A stretch of 63,570 bases of DNA, filler included, from Platydemus manokwari (taxonomy: Eukaryota): the NCBI GenBank assembly GCA_037951405.1. It is 5 parts of 5 records of this genome, joined end to end, with 100 filler letters (N's around TTAATTAATTAA, not from the genome) between each part and the next. Parts side by side here need not be neighbours in the genome. Positions count along the whole stretch, not along the records: positions 43,009 to 53,886 come from JBBMOY011093297.1; positions 53,987 to 63,570 come from JBBMOY011229321.1; 3 more parts are not named here. One strand, given 5' to 3'. Position 1 is the first letter of the stretch; each line of letters starts with the position of its first letter. Positions 48,852-61,973 of the stretch are shown piece by piece. The position numbers were made by a program, and so were the translations under genes. A model generated the notes under the pieces. It saw nothing but the letters and a program-made list of their open reading frames with translations. It was not told where the DNA came from and did no database searches.

Positions 48852-51800
48852 GTTGAAAAATCTATAACTGTTGTGTGGTTATGGTGATAATTTAATTGAA
48901 GTTTATATTTAAAATTGTTCAACACATTTTTATTTTATATATAAATAAAGGAATGATCATTCTCCTGGATTTTTGTGTATTTAATTTTATTAAATTACAA
49001 GATTTACATTTTGCTGAATATTACTATAATAAAAATCTTCGAAAGTTTAAATCTGTTATTTCATCATTATCGGGTTATTTTCTTGTGCAGTATTCCGGAT
49101 CGGTATTTTTAAAATGAATTACCGTTCAAATAATTTTGATAGTGTTTTGTACCAGTGCCTTGGAATCAAAAATTTTGTCCTACTTTTTGGAAGTGTTCGT
49201 AAATTAAAACCAGCAATAATTGAAATCGTCCATTGAATATGTTAGGAAAATCAAATCAGATTTACTTTAATAAAAGCTTAATAACTTTAATAAGTCTCAA
49301 ATATATTTTTGCACTAAATTATTTAAAATAAAATTATTCGTGTAATCATATTATTACTCTGCCCGAGGAATTATTGAGAAAAAACTTAAATAATTTTATA
49401 TTTAGTTAAAATTTTGAATCAAGTTTTCAATATTGAATTTAAAATTATGTGTAAGAAAACAAAAATGTTCACAAGTCAAAGTAGAGTCTATAATGTTTGG
49501 AATAACTAGTCAGAAAAACGAATAGATTATTTGAAGTTCAGGAAAACGAAAGTCAGATGAACTTCCTAATTTCAGAGTGGTTCTAGTGTATAGAAACTGA
49601 TTACAAAAAAGAAACTGTTATTGACACTAATACCACTTACAATTGATTGCCATGATTGAAGAAATGACTTAGAAATTCATTGTGTTATCCCAGGTCATAA
49701 TGAACTGCACATATGTATGTTTGCTGCATAGATACATCCGAAAAGGTTCAAATTTCAACTTTAATGATAATGAGATGGAGAATATACAGAATATTCTTAA
49801 AAAGAAAGACTCCTAATCACAACAAAATCACCTATAACAGCATAAAAACGGCAAGTCAGAAAATTGTTATATAGTTTATTAACAAATAAAAATAAGATCA
49901 GATACTGAAATGGGAAAAACGAAAAATTATTATTATTAAATAAATATAAATTTAAAATCTGTAAGCATCGGTAGGAACATAATGTATATATAGACGGAGT
50001 ATTTCATAACAATCACTCACTAACAAAATCTTAAGTTCGTTGCAGAAGTGAAGGTTATCAGAAAAGACTACAAATTCTTACTACTGACTAAAGGGATTTT
50101 GAGAGTGAGTAAATTTTTATCTTATAGTAGAATTATGGTTTAATTTTAATTAATCAATAATTAATTTAATTGATCTCGTATTAACAGTTGCTTAGATTTG
50201 ATTATCCGATAACCCTCCTGTGGATACTTAACAGTAATCTACTTGCGCAATGCATTGCGTATTTTGCTAATATTTTTGTTCTTTTGAATTTTGTTAAACT
50301 TTCGTTTCCCTAAACGAATCTTATTAAAATCAACGGTGTCATTAATATTCTCTACGCACATCGAATAATAATATTTATATTATTCTATTATTGTGTACGT
50401 TTAGTACTAGACAAACTTACTGCTGCGGAACCAATTATTCTTATTGCAACTGTCAATAATTTATATTGCTTCAACCATTAGATGTTTCAGTCATTTTTCT
50501 GTAACTTCGTTCTCATACGAGTTACTGAAGCCCTCTAGGATCACTAAAAGCTAGCAATAAACCATGTTATATAATGTATAACATTAAACTACCTCAACAC
50601 CATTCGATTAATAATTATATAACTACCATTTTTTAGCATAATTCTATTAACTAGATTTTTATAAGAATTTATTAGAAGTGATTATTATGACTAAAAATTT
50701 TGTTAACGTTATTTCTGTAACCTGAATTTTATTAGGATGTTTTGTTTTGACTTAGAAATTTTAGGAAGTTTATTCCATCTTATTTTATACTTTTAATTTA
50801 TCGAATTTTTTCATTGGAATCGAAAAAAATCATTTGTAAAACTATTAACATTTTTTAATTTATTGTATACAAATAAAGTCGTTGGTGTAACACTACGGTA
50901 GTAATAACATCAGGTATTTTTAAAACGTTTTATTTAATTTATTTTTATTTAATTTCATTTTAATACAGACAGAGAGAATATAATAATAAGTAAAAATAAT
51001 AATGATCAATTTATATGTGAAATTTGGAAAAATTGGCTATTGCAAAAGATGTTTAATATATTTAATAACAATGAAATAAGTGAACCAAATTAAAAATCAT
51101 TCAACCGCATGGAAAAATTTATTCAACCGGATAACTTAAATAATCAGCTGGTTAATTTGCCCAGTAACTAGAAAAACATTCATCATTTTCCAAAAAATAA
51201 AACCGTAATAAAATAAAGTCGAAATAATTAATAATTAATGGCCCACTTAGAACACGGTTTATAGATGGAAATAGGAATTTTCATACGTTTTATCGAGTGC
51301 CCCTGTTGTGATTATATAATTAAGAAAAACATAATTCACATACTTTTATTACAATATTTTTACAATCAGTGCATTTATACTTGTAACTTACAAAAGCATA
51401 TTATTGCCTGATTGATTGTTATGTTTGGACCTTATGTATTTTATTTTATTCTATTGTTATTCAAATTTTTGGGGATCGCTGACACCTTAATCACCCTCAA
51501 TGAGCTGTGATTCACGGCCACAGATGCTTACTTTTATGCTTAATTTTTTCACCTCTCACAGCTATATCATATGACGATAATACTTGCAGCAACAATGATC
51601 CTATGTATTTTATTATCAGTCTCAATTCTATTAAATTCCGGGACACTTATGGTTTTTATACAATGTATTATTATTAACTCATCGATTAATAAACAACTTG
51701 GATACAGTAAGATTTATTGACTAATACAAGGATTATAATGAATGTAAAAATCACAATTAACAATGGTTTTTAAATCACAATGTACAATTAAACTTTACAC

Positions 51801-52446
51801 GCTAATTAAACCTTAACAAAGCCCTGGACCAAAAAACGGTTGATAAACTCCTTCTCTTGGAACAAAACCAATGCACTGAAGATGTTGTTTTGAGGCACAG
51901 CTCGATAATAAATTGATGCACTATAGATATATAATATCGATCAGTAGCTTATAAAAAATTGAGCTCACTTTTTGCTGTAGGCTTGACAAAATGTCTGTTG
52001 AGCAAATCCACGTAAAGATCTCTCCTAGTGGTTTCCTAGTACTAACTAGGGGTAACGTTCTACTGATTTTAACCTATATTTATATGTTTTATTTCACATA
52101 GTCAATCGAGCTTTTATTGTGTCTAATTTATTAATTCCAATAAAATTATTCTTAATCCTAACCCTATTATTTGGAAATACTTTTAAACTTTATTTTCATG
52201 AAAAGTTACTCAAATTTTTATTAAAATATTATGTAACTCGAGATTAATAGACGTTTTTAAAACAGACTTATAACATTTATGTTATACTGCAACAATAGTG
52301 CAAAAATTTATTAGATACATATCACTGAAATTATTATTTCATTATCTAAACAAAAAAACGTAATAAGTGTTGTATCATTTTTTGATCACAATTGTTTCAT
52401 CATTTATTGTTTTGGATTATAAGTTAAATAACAATATACAATCGAA

Positions 52447-53337
52447 ATGGCAGAAATCAAAGAACAGTCAGCTCAGACATTGCTGATAGATCCACGAGTG
52501 AAGTTTTCTGGATATCTGAATCACAAAAAATTATTTCTATTGTCCAGAAAGTGGATACTGAGGTTTGTGATAATATTAAATGGAGTAATTTATATATACT
52601 CGAAAGATACTTCAACCAGACCTAAAATAATTCGGAAAATATCTGATATACAAAACATTTCAGTTGCTACTCGAAAACGTCATCCTTGTTGGATTTTTAT
52701 TTTAAATGCTTTGAGCAAAACTTTAAAACCGATCATATTGTCTGCTGCCTCGGAAAGGGAAATGAATAAATGTATTGAAATATTCAACAAATGTATTTAT
52801 GATTCCAGTCGATGTTGTCTTCAAAACAATACACCAACAACTGTGTGTGATTCATCGATGCGGGAATTACCATCACCTGATATTCCAACTGTGTCTAAAA
52901 GAAAAATGATTCACGAAGCGGACAATTATGATGTCCCAGAAAATTATACTCCATCACCAGTTCCAATAACAAATGAGTTTATTAATCGAAATATCCTATT
53001 TACTGGAACACGTGAAGAGGCTTTCGACGAGTTGACGAAATTTAATGTGATTGGTTCGTATTTGGTTCGTCAAAATGAAAACAGATTGATATTAACTGTT
53101 CGTTCCACGAATAAAGTTATAAAATATATATTAATTAAAGATTTTGTAGATAATACTATCCTAATAGAAGGACAGGAAAAAATATTTAATGATATGCAGT
53201 CTTTGCTAACATATTACCATGAAAATTGTGTTCCCAATTACGATTTCAAGCTGACTGTTCCTTTTAAATTAATAAATAATACGTCTATTTATTCATTTAT
53301 TTCAATTTTTAAAAATGTTTTAACTAATTATATCTGA
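52447..53337 (+). CDS. Intronless PH + SH2 adaptor (SH3BP2-like), paralog 2
   Basis: PH: FSGYLNHK..WILRFVII..IYIY..LSAASEREMNKCI; linker NYDVPENYTP; SH2: FTGTREEAFDEL..GSYLVRQ..FNDMQSLLTYYHENCVP. Confidence 0.85.
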   Translation: MAEIKEQSAQTLLIDPRVKFSGYLNHKKLFLLSRKWILRFVIILNGVIYIYSKDTSTRPKIIRKISDIQNISVATRKRHPCWIFILNALSKTLKPIILSAASEREMNKCIEIFNKCIYDSSRCCLQNNTPTTVCDSSMRELPSPDIPTVSKRKMIHEADNYDVPENYTPSPVPITNEFINRNILFTGTREEAFDELTKFNVIGSYLVRQNENRLILTVRSTNKVIKYILIKDFVDNTILIEGQEKIFNDMQSLLTYYHENCVPNYDFKLTVPFKLINNTSIYSFISIFKNVLTNYI

Positions 53338-53886
53338 AATTATATCAAATAGATATAATTAATAAAGAAACAATTAAACCATTAATAATTACATTTTCTT
53401 GTGTTTCTAGGCCTTACGATAGAATCCATTATAATTATTTTGAATAACTATTTTTGTAAAAATATTCTATTTATATATTTGCTTTAAAAAGCTAATCAAC
53501 ACATTAACAATACCTTAGATTGTATCAAGAGATTATAGACTGAACTCACTATTTATAATAGAGATAACAATGGGTTAGTAATTTTAACAATATCAGACTG
53601 AAATAAAAATTAAATATGCATTGATTTATTTGCATTGATTAAATTTATCTTTAGTTGGCTAGGTATTTGGTCTACCGGATGTAGAGCACAACAAGAGTTA
53701 TTATTTATTAATCTGACTCCAAGATGTATTTATTATTACACTGTGCAAGCTCTTTCACTGTATTGGGTCTATAACTTAATAACCGGAATTTGACACCAGA
53801 TGTAAACACTGTGTGTGTGCTGTAGCAAATCATTAACATACACGTCATTTTGAAGCTCTATTCATAAGCTATCAAAATCAGTCAAC

Positions 53887-53986
53887 NNNNNNNNNNNNNN
53901 NNNNNNNNNNNNNNNNNNNNNNNNNNNNNNTTAATTAATTAANNNNNNNNNNNNNNNNNNNNNNNNNNNNNNNNNNNNNNNNNNNN
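53887..53986. other. Artificial contig spacer
   Basis: 44N-TTAATTAATTAA-44N. Confidence 0.97.
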
Positions 53987-54012
53987 ATCTATCTATTTAT
54001 CTATCTATCTAT
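53987..54012. repeat. (ATCT)n microsatellite at contig edge
   Basis: Read directly. Confidence 0.8.
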
Positions 54013-56680
54013 AAATAATACAATTAAATAAATTTATATTAATATAATTAAATAAATATTTAATTATATTTTCAAAAATTAAATTTCAAATTTAGATTTT
54101 TCATTATTTTTTTATATAAGAAAATTAATTAAATTATAATTTTTATAATTATTATAATTATCGTTAAAGTTTCTATAAGCGTTATACTTCATCGAAGCTC
54201 CATTAAATCTTAATAATTATTTAGTTAAAATATCGATTTTTGTAATGGTTATATTTAAATTTTCTGTGAATCTTAAGATCCCTGAAAATCTTAGAATCAC
54301 CAGTTATATTAAAATTACTTATCATTAACAACTATTTCTAAATTAATCCATTTAAGTTATCTACGCTCATCTAGGATGATTAGCAGTCCTTATTAATCTT
54401 TCTTCAATGAACACCTTCCACTACCTATAATTTAACCGCGGTTTAAAATCAAACTTTAAAATTAACGGAGCTTCAAATTAAACCCATTCAAATCATAAAG
54501 TTCCACTTAAAACCATAATGGTCCATATTTATCGCTAATCGGCTCTGTGACCTGAATGTTATTTGAGTAAAAAAAGTTCATGACTTTTCGAAAATTCAAT
54601 GGATCTAGAGTATAACAAAAATCAAATTTAAAGTCTTATTCAGACTCTGGTTATTTCCTTTATGCTGTATTTCATAATCAATGAAATTTGATTTACTTTA
54701 TTAAAAGGTTATGTTGTCGGAAGGCTTGATTTATGATTAAGTTTATTGACTGCGCTTTAACATTATACTCGCTCTGAAGGGATGTTGATAACGGGTATGA
54801 AGACCACGTTATCGGAAAAGTTACCGAAAAATTCTAAAGGTCCAGTTAAAGCAAATAACACCGTAACGGATTTAATTTAATTATAATGAGAAAGCTGAGT
54901 TTGATTAGAATAGGTTGATCGCTGTATTCTAAAGTTAATATAAATTTAATTATTAGTTAAACTCTGAAGCTAATTTGTTCAAAAGACGGTAATGGGATTA
55001 GTTGTCGATAATCTGTATGTTATGTGTTAGAAAAGGCACTACAAGATGGATGCTATAAAATAATGTATTTAGAAAAAACAAATAACACAAGTTGAATTAA
55101 TAACAAAAAGAATTTGTATCAATTGCCAAAGCAATTAGCCGACGAAATCCGAAAATGAGCGAAGCAGTGGTCAATATATGGAAGATAGATTTTGGCAGAT
55201 TCTCGATAGTTATTATTAATCATAAAATAATAAATGTGCAATTATGATAACGTCATATAAGAGAAATTAGTTAAATTATGATTAAATAAAAATGGTGCAA
55301 TTATAATGTCGAAACAAAGAAATTAAATATTAATGATATGATGATCAACAAATGCATATAATACCAAATAAAGCTTACTTTACGCAATTATGATAAGTGT
55401 TATGACTTGAAAAACGATGCAAACTTCCTAGAATTGTAAATCCTTAAATTTGGCTCCGTTTAATTTCCAAATTCGTCAATGATAATTTTCTGTGGTTGAT
55501 CTGCTATTGTAATTCTCTTCACTAGCTCGGTGTTTTTATTTTGTCGGGGTTTCAATGTACATGGCTCGGCGTTTATATCACAATGCCGTTTTTAAATTTG
55601 GCTGTCTACACAGTGGTTAGTTGGGTGGTATTCCAAACAACTTTATTTTTGTGTGTAGATAACACATATATGTTGATTAGATCAAAAATCAACCAAATGG
55701 TTACATGAACCAAGGAAATAATCCCAAAAAGGGTTGACACACACAGATCCGAAAAGCGCATGCGCCGTCAGCCAATCAGATTCGTTATAATATTAATCCT
55801 TATTTAGAAGTTAAGAATCGACAGGCACATACCTACAAATGACAACAAACTTAACTATCTGCCTATAGCATAATAGATACTAGGAAAATCACAAGTAGAC
55901 CGAATTACGAACGAATTCAACAAATGGAAAACGAAGATCCTTCACATCATGCAGACACACTCAATAGGTTTATAAAAGAGGTTTAGGTCCATGAGTAATT
56001 GTAAGCCTTGTTTGGTAGGTAACTTATGTATTAATCTTAACTGTGTGTGATTTTCAGTAACCAGCCTTTTGGTTGCTTTTTATTCTGTCTTTGACTTTGG
56101 TGCAGGTCCTATCTTGTTTGACAGTCTATCGTTGATTTGAGAAGAGGTTTAACTGTAGCTGTTGTGATTGATGTTGTAACATTTTGGACAATATAATTAT
56201 CAGGTTTAAATTGTTGATTATAATACCCATAGATAAAGATAACTATTTATTGATTTTATTCAATAAATATAAATGCTCACATTCTCGATTTACATTATTT
56301 CCATGAGAACACTAGTATCACTACATGAATTAATCACATTCAAGCTGTTTAAACCAAAATTTAATCACGAAATACATTATTCTTTAATAATTATTTATGT
56401 TTATATTAATTGTGTAATAAATAAACTATTTCCATACTTTTTCTTAAAATATTTTAATTTCTAACACTTAATTAAAATAAAAATTTAAAAGTAAATAAAA
56501 TTAAATTATTATTATCTCTATTCATCTTATCAAACAGGAAATTTTACAATTGATTTTTATTTATCTTATAAATTGATGTTTAGTATCTTATTTTTTTAAT
56601 TTTTTTGTTTATGAAATTTTTAATATTTTACAATTATTTTTTAAAAATTTTCTTTCTGTGATTTACCTTTCAAATTGTAG

Positions 56681-57172
56681 CCCGGTTGTATATGCAAGGC
56701 TTTCGCTTGGGTTCCATCAAGACCAGAAGAATCTGGGGAATTTTGGCTTCCTAAACGACGTGATTTCAATTTGGCAGCCTATCGTGCCAAGTGTCGATGT
56801 AAGCATACTCACGAGGAACATGAAGCACACCCATCACCTCATAGATGCATGATAAAAGGTTGCGGGTGCCAATTATTTCATTCTGCCTTTGTATGCGCTG
56901 CCTGTGATATGCATTGGCACAAACACAGCACTGTTTTCGAAACAGAAGCAGACAGAAAACGGGATAAAAGACCGGTTAGGGAAGAATGGTTTCCTTTTTC
57001 TGAACTTCCGGATCTCTGTCAGATAGCGTTAACTGGGCAAGATAATCCTTCTGTTCAGGTATTGGCTGATGCTCTTCCACCACATTTAAGGGAGAAAATG
57101 TACCTTGAACAAAATAAGAACAAACAAGGTGGCCCTTCGGGAAATGATGAAATAGTAAATTATAAAAAATGA
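56681..57172 (+). CDS. FAM221B: FAM221B-like (DUF4475) protein, terminal exon
   Basis: After acceptor caaattgtag: PGCICKAFAWVPSRPEESGEFWLPKRRDFNLAAYRAKCRCKHTHEEH..CGCQLFHSAFVCAACDMHWHKHSTVFET; upstream exons not found in this contig. Confidence 0.88.
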   Translation, partial: PGCICKAFAWVPSRPEESGEFWLPKRRDFNLAAYRAKCRCKHTHEEHEAHPSPHRCMIKGCGCQLFHSAFVCAACDMHWHKHSTVFETEADRKRDKRPVREEWFPFSELPDLCQIALTGQDNPSVQVLADALPPHLREKMYLEQNKNKQGGPSGNDEIVNYKK

Positions 57173-60100
57173 AAACATAGCTAAGAAGGATGTACTTCAA
57201 ATTGTGTAAAACATTTCATTTTGTGAAAATCTGGGGTTGTTTGATTCACACATTGATAATAAAGTATTTAATTAATTTCTGGACAGTTATTTAACTTTAT
57301 TTATCGGAATATTTTGAAATTTCTATTTAATTTCACTTAAAATTTAATTATTCATAATTTTCTGTCTAAATTTTTCGATCTATTTACTCAATTATAATGT
57401 TGTGTCTTCATTCTGATAACCAAATAATAACTGGCTCCAAAATTCGAAAGTTGTAAGCTTTATTTTTAGCTATCACAAAGTATCACAAAATTACAACTAA
57501 AACTTGATTTTCAACTACACCTGCACTATTCAACACGATTCACAAATTTAATACAATGTCTTAAAAAATGTAACTCAAACTTGGCTTCTGATTATCAGGT
57601 GGCCATCTTTACATAAATATTGGAGATCTGTGTGTATTGATTTTTGATTTGATCTTTACTTTTTTTATGTTTCTATTGGGCTTATTGGTTTTTGTCTGAG
57701 TGGGATGTCCCTTTTTCATATAACTCCGCTCTGATTGGTTGATTACAATGTCTGGTTGTGTAACATGCAAATGTCTCATTCAGCAATATTTTTGTTAATA
57801 ATAAATCGTTTCTGTACCAAATCAAGAAACCACTGATTTATACTTACTGTTGTCTTTCATCAACTCGATAGTTTGTCTAGAACCTTAATTCTCTTGATTT
57901 AAATTCATCATAAATTTAGAAATTTAGGCATTAATATTTTATCATTCATTAAATAACTAATCGATGATTGTGTTGGTTTAGAATTAACCCTTAATCATAT
58001 AATGCTGTTCTTTTATGTATTTTAATCTCATTGTCAAAATTTGCAACCAACGGCATCCAAACTGATCAATGAACACAAATCATAAAATTAACCATATGAT
58101 TGATGGTTGGATTGGAGTTATGACTTAATTTTTTTTATATACATTCATATATTTTTATAATATACTTTGTAACTTTTTATTAGACTTTTATCTTCTTTGA
58201 AATCTATTTTCAATAAGTACATCATTTTGTGGAAAGAGTTTAACGAAGAAAACACAAAAGTTGGATAGCTATTTGAAACTACTGCGGAAGCTTTTCTTAT
58301 TTAAATTTTTGAGATAATAAAAATCTTGCGAAAATCGATTGATTGAAATATGTATACGCCTCAATATAAACCAGATGTGAAGGCACAGTCTGCTTTATAT
58401 GGGTTTAGATGAGTTTACAGTGCCAATATATGAAGAAAATGGGCACTCGAATTTATTTTAGATATTGAAATATTGCACTCAGTCACATGTGACTCTAAAT
58501 TCAAATATAGAAATTACTTTAGGAAAGAGAGAATATTTGATTCGTCAAACCTTGCTTTTGATCAATTTAAAAACATAAATAGTTAAATGTGATTAGCGAT
58601 ATTAATTTTTATTTTCTCTATTTATGATTGTTCTCAATTGTTTCGTTATCACTCAAAGACTTTATGTTTTGTATCCATATTAGCTGTTTCCACAAATATA
58701 TTTCCATTTGGTTCAAGACAATTCATTTTGTCTCACTACAAGGTGAATTGAATATGTATTTACATTTGTATGTTGCCTGATAATTCACTCAAAGATTTTT
58801 AACGGTTCAATCTTAGTTTTTTTGGATTACAGAAAATTTCTTTATCTTTATTTTTTGAATATATAATCCTGGCACCAAAAACATATGACATATCAATTAT
58901 GTTGGGATTTTGGGCTCATCAAATTTTATAAATATCAATTATCAACTGGTTCAATTAGATTAGCAACTGACAAAAATTATCGATGTGATTTTTTAAATGT
59001 TTAATAATAAAAAATTATAATAATGTACAAAAGCATAATCGGTTAAAAAAAACAATTTAATATTTTTTTGTTGAAGTGATTTTTATTTTATATTTTATTT
59101 TATTTGGAAAATTGTATTGATTTTGTATTCGAGTTTAAATTTTATGGGAAATTAACATCAAAGGAAAATAAAATCATTAAATTAATCAGTGCACTAAAAT
59201 CTTCCATTAATAAATTGCTATTAGAAATGAAAATTCCCAAGAATGAAAAATTAATTGGTATTTAAAAGTAAGTGAATTGGTTTTAAATAATCGAAAGCCT
59301 GAGCCCAGAATAAAATTAAATGCTTTAGGGTTTCTCAATGCTTAACTACCAATACCTTACTAAGTCATTAATATTTAAGCACTGATAGAGAGTGGGAGTG
59401 ACCATCAGTCCATTATTCCAGTTGTTTGCAAGTGTTGCCTGTGTTTAATAACACTGACTGTCAAAATTGTAATTATCTATCACAATTCTACATGCTAAAT
59501 TAAATTGTCAAATAAGGACTACACGAAATCTCATTCACAATATTGAAGCCAATAATCAGTTCACAAAGGGATCAGAATCCGAAAAATAGAACTGAAACAG
59601 AAAAAGCGACGATAAGAGAATAATCTCTCAAAGAAGTAAGTCAGTCAAAAATTACCTGCCAAAAAAGACTGGTAGTTACTTTTCCGATCTGTATCTATTT
59701 ACCTATTGGCTTAATCTTTTTATATTCGCTAAAACAATCTACATACTAATTTATTAGTAGGTTTACTTCTAACTCTCTTGGCATTGGCTTACCTTAGTGT
59801 TTATTACCTGTTGTTATGAGCCATTTGATAATCGAATGCTATTCAATGATTGGAATTTTGAGGCAACTTATTGGCTATTGGTACGTAGGGTCGAAACTTT
59901 TAAGAATTTTTTGTTGTTTTCTTGCTTTAGTTTTGTTGCACACTCAACACAAATAAGAATTCAGTTGTTTGTCAGTGGGAGTGCATGTGCATTTACCACA
60001 TTACCGATGCATGCCTACCATTATCTATGATATTTAAGTAATTTTCGTAGTTGTAAAAATTATTATGTCAAGATTCATCTTCAATGCTATGAAGATGAAA

Positions 60101-61648
60101 GAAATCATAGACTTAATTTTGCAGTTGTATTTGCAGCTTGTGTGTCTAAAATAATATTCATATTTGCCTAATTATATTTATTATTTGTTTATTGGTCTTA
60201 GTTCTCAATTTATGTAATTGTATAGTAATTGTGTCATCACATTTGGCTCATTTTATTATCATTGTAGGTAATATAATCGTTATAAACTCAATATTACTTT
60301 AACCACCTTTTTAGTTGCAAGAGAAATTTGTTAATATTAAAGTCAGATGTCAATGATATTAAATTTAACCATAACTATTAATTTGAGTAGTTATTAAAGC
60401 CTTTTAAATTATTAAAGCTATTAGAGTTAGTAAAGTTATTAAGGTTATTATCAGTGTGCAGACAAATCAGATTTAAAATTTAGTGCATAACGATTTTTTA
60501 TAACTATTTCTTATATAAATTTCTGTCTTAATTTGTGGTTTTTAGTTATTTATAGTATTAATAACAATTTTATTTACATACCATCCGTGATTTTTGAGTT
60601 ATTTGAATTTAATTTTGTGAAATGAGTTTATTTAATTTATTGTAGTTTATTGTCTTTTCATACCATTAATGACTTGAATATCTGTTGGATAATTACTTTT
60701 ATTTACAAGTTATTCATGATTTTTGGTTGTTTGAATTTTAACATTGTGGAGTTTGAGGTCGAATTTTATCAGTGTCAATCTCCAAAAATACTAGATTATC
60801 AGAAATTGCTCAAGAATTGTGATTGCAAACATTGAAATGAAGCCTATAAGGATATAAATACCCTCGGATAACACAAGCAGTGTCAATTCACAGACCTTCA
60901 ATTTTGCTTTTTGATAGGTACATACTCATAAAAAGCTCCAACATAAGATAAAAAGCAAAATCACTAATAGGTTGGTCTTCAAACAGTTCTAACAAAATAT
61001 TCTAAACAACAGAACTGTATAATCAACGTAGCCCATAAATAAAATTGAATGCCGAGAATAACTACCAGTATTTTATAGTCAATAACTATCTATATAATCA
61101 TCATTGTGTGATTATTCTTATTCTTAAAATGTTTTTCCCTGAGTATCAGAAAATACAATTTGTGAATGTCAATGATAGTTTTATTAGTTTTTCAAGTGAC
61201 TTTAAACATAACAATGCGTATCTGATGGATGAATTTAATTATATTAATATATCAGTTTCTTTATGATTTTATAATCTATTTTATAATATTGTATTTGATT
61301 GATAAAAATTTTGTTTTTGTTAACTTAATTGTAAATTTAAGTAAATTTTTTCAATAATTTTAAAATTATATTATCTACGTTTCAGCGTGTAAAGTTGTCA
61401 AAATTTAAATATTTTTCTATTTAATTTAATAAAAAATACTTGTATAAAAATCTTTGACCATGAAAAATTTTCCAAATAAAATTAATAAATATATGAATTT
61501 AAACATAATGTAACTTAAATTAGAAATTTCGCATTGTTTTAATAGTTTCGTAGTAAACTGTTACTGAGAAATTATTATCAAATTCTTCGAATTTTAAAAT
61601 TTAACATTTACACATGCTTGGAATATATGATAGATTTTAAGAAACATA

Positions 61649-61973
61649 ATGTATACACCATTAAAATCAGAAGTTCCAGGATTTATAGAAAAGACAAAAA
61701 GAGAAAGAGAAACCCGGCGTCTGGAAGGAATAAGACAAAAATCCGCAATAACAATTCAGGTAATTTTCTTTATTCCATTTCATATTGAAAGTGAATTACA
61801 TAGAGATATTATCGTGGTTTTAGTTATCGAAAAAAATTTATAAATCAAACTAGGTAAAAAATGTTATTAATAAACATTTGATTATATAATATTTGTTGAG
61901 AAATTTAGGAATGATTTTAGGAGATATTTAGATATTCAGACGGATGATGCATGCAAATATGAGTTGATTGAAG
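61649..61973 (+). CDS. UBE3B: UBE3B/UBE3C-like HECT ligase, first three exons (IQ motif)
   Basis: Exons 61649-61759, 61804-61853, 61909-61973: MYTPLKSEVPGFIEKTKRERETRRLEGIRQKSAITIQRYYRGFSYRKKFINQTRNDF; downstream candidate exons do not splice cleanly. Confidence 0.7.

Noticed and set aside
15755-53986. Recurring TTAATTAATTAA palindrome in N-runs as a biological repeat
   Set aside because: Identical 44N/12/44N layout four times marks an assembly linker; adjacency across these gaps should not be trusted.
57500-61300. Decayed coding-like DNA and short ORFs
   Set aside because: No recognisable motifs; probably old transposon debris.
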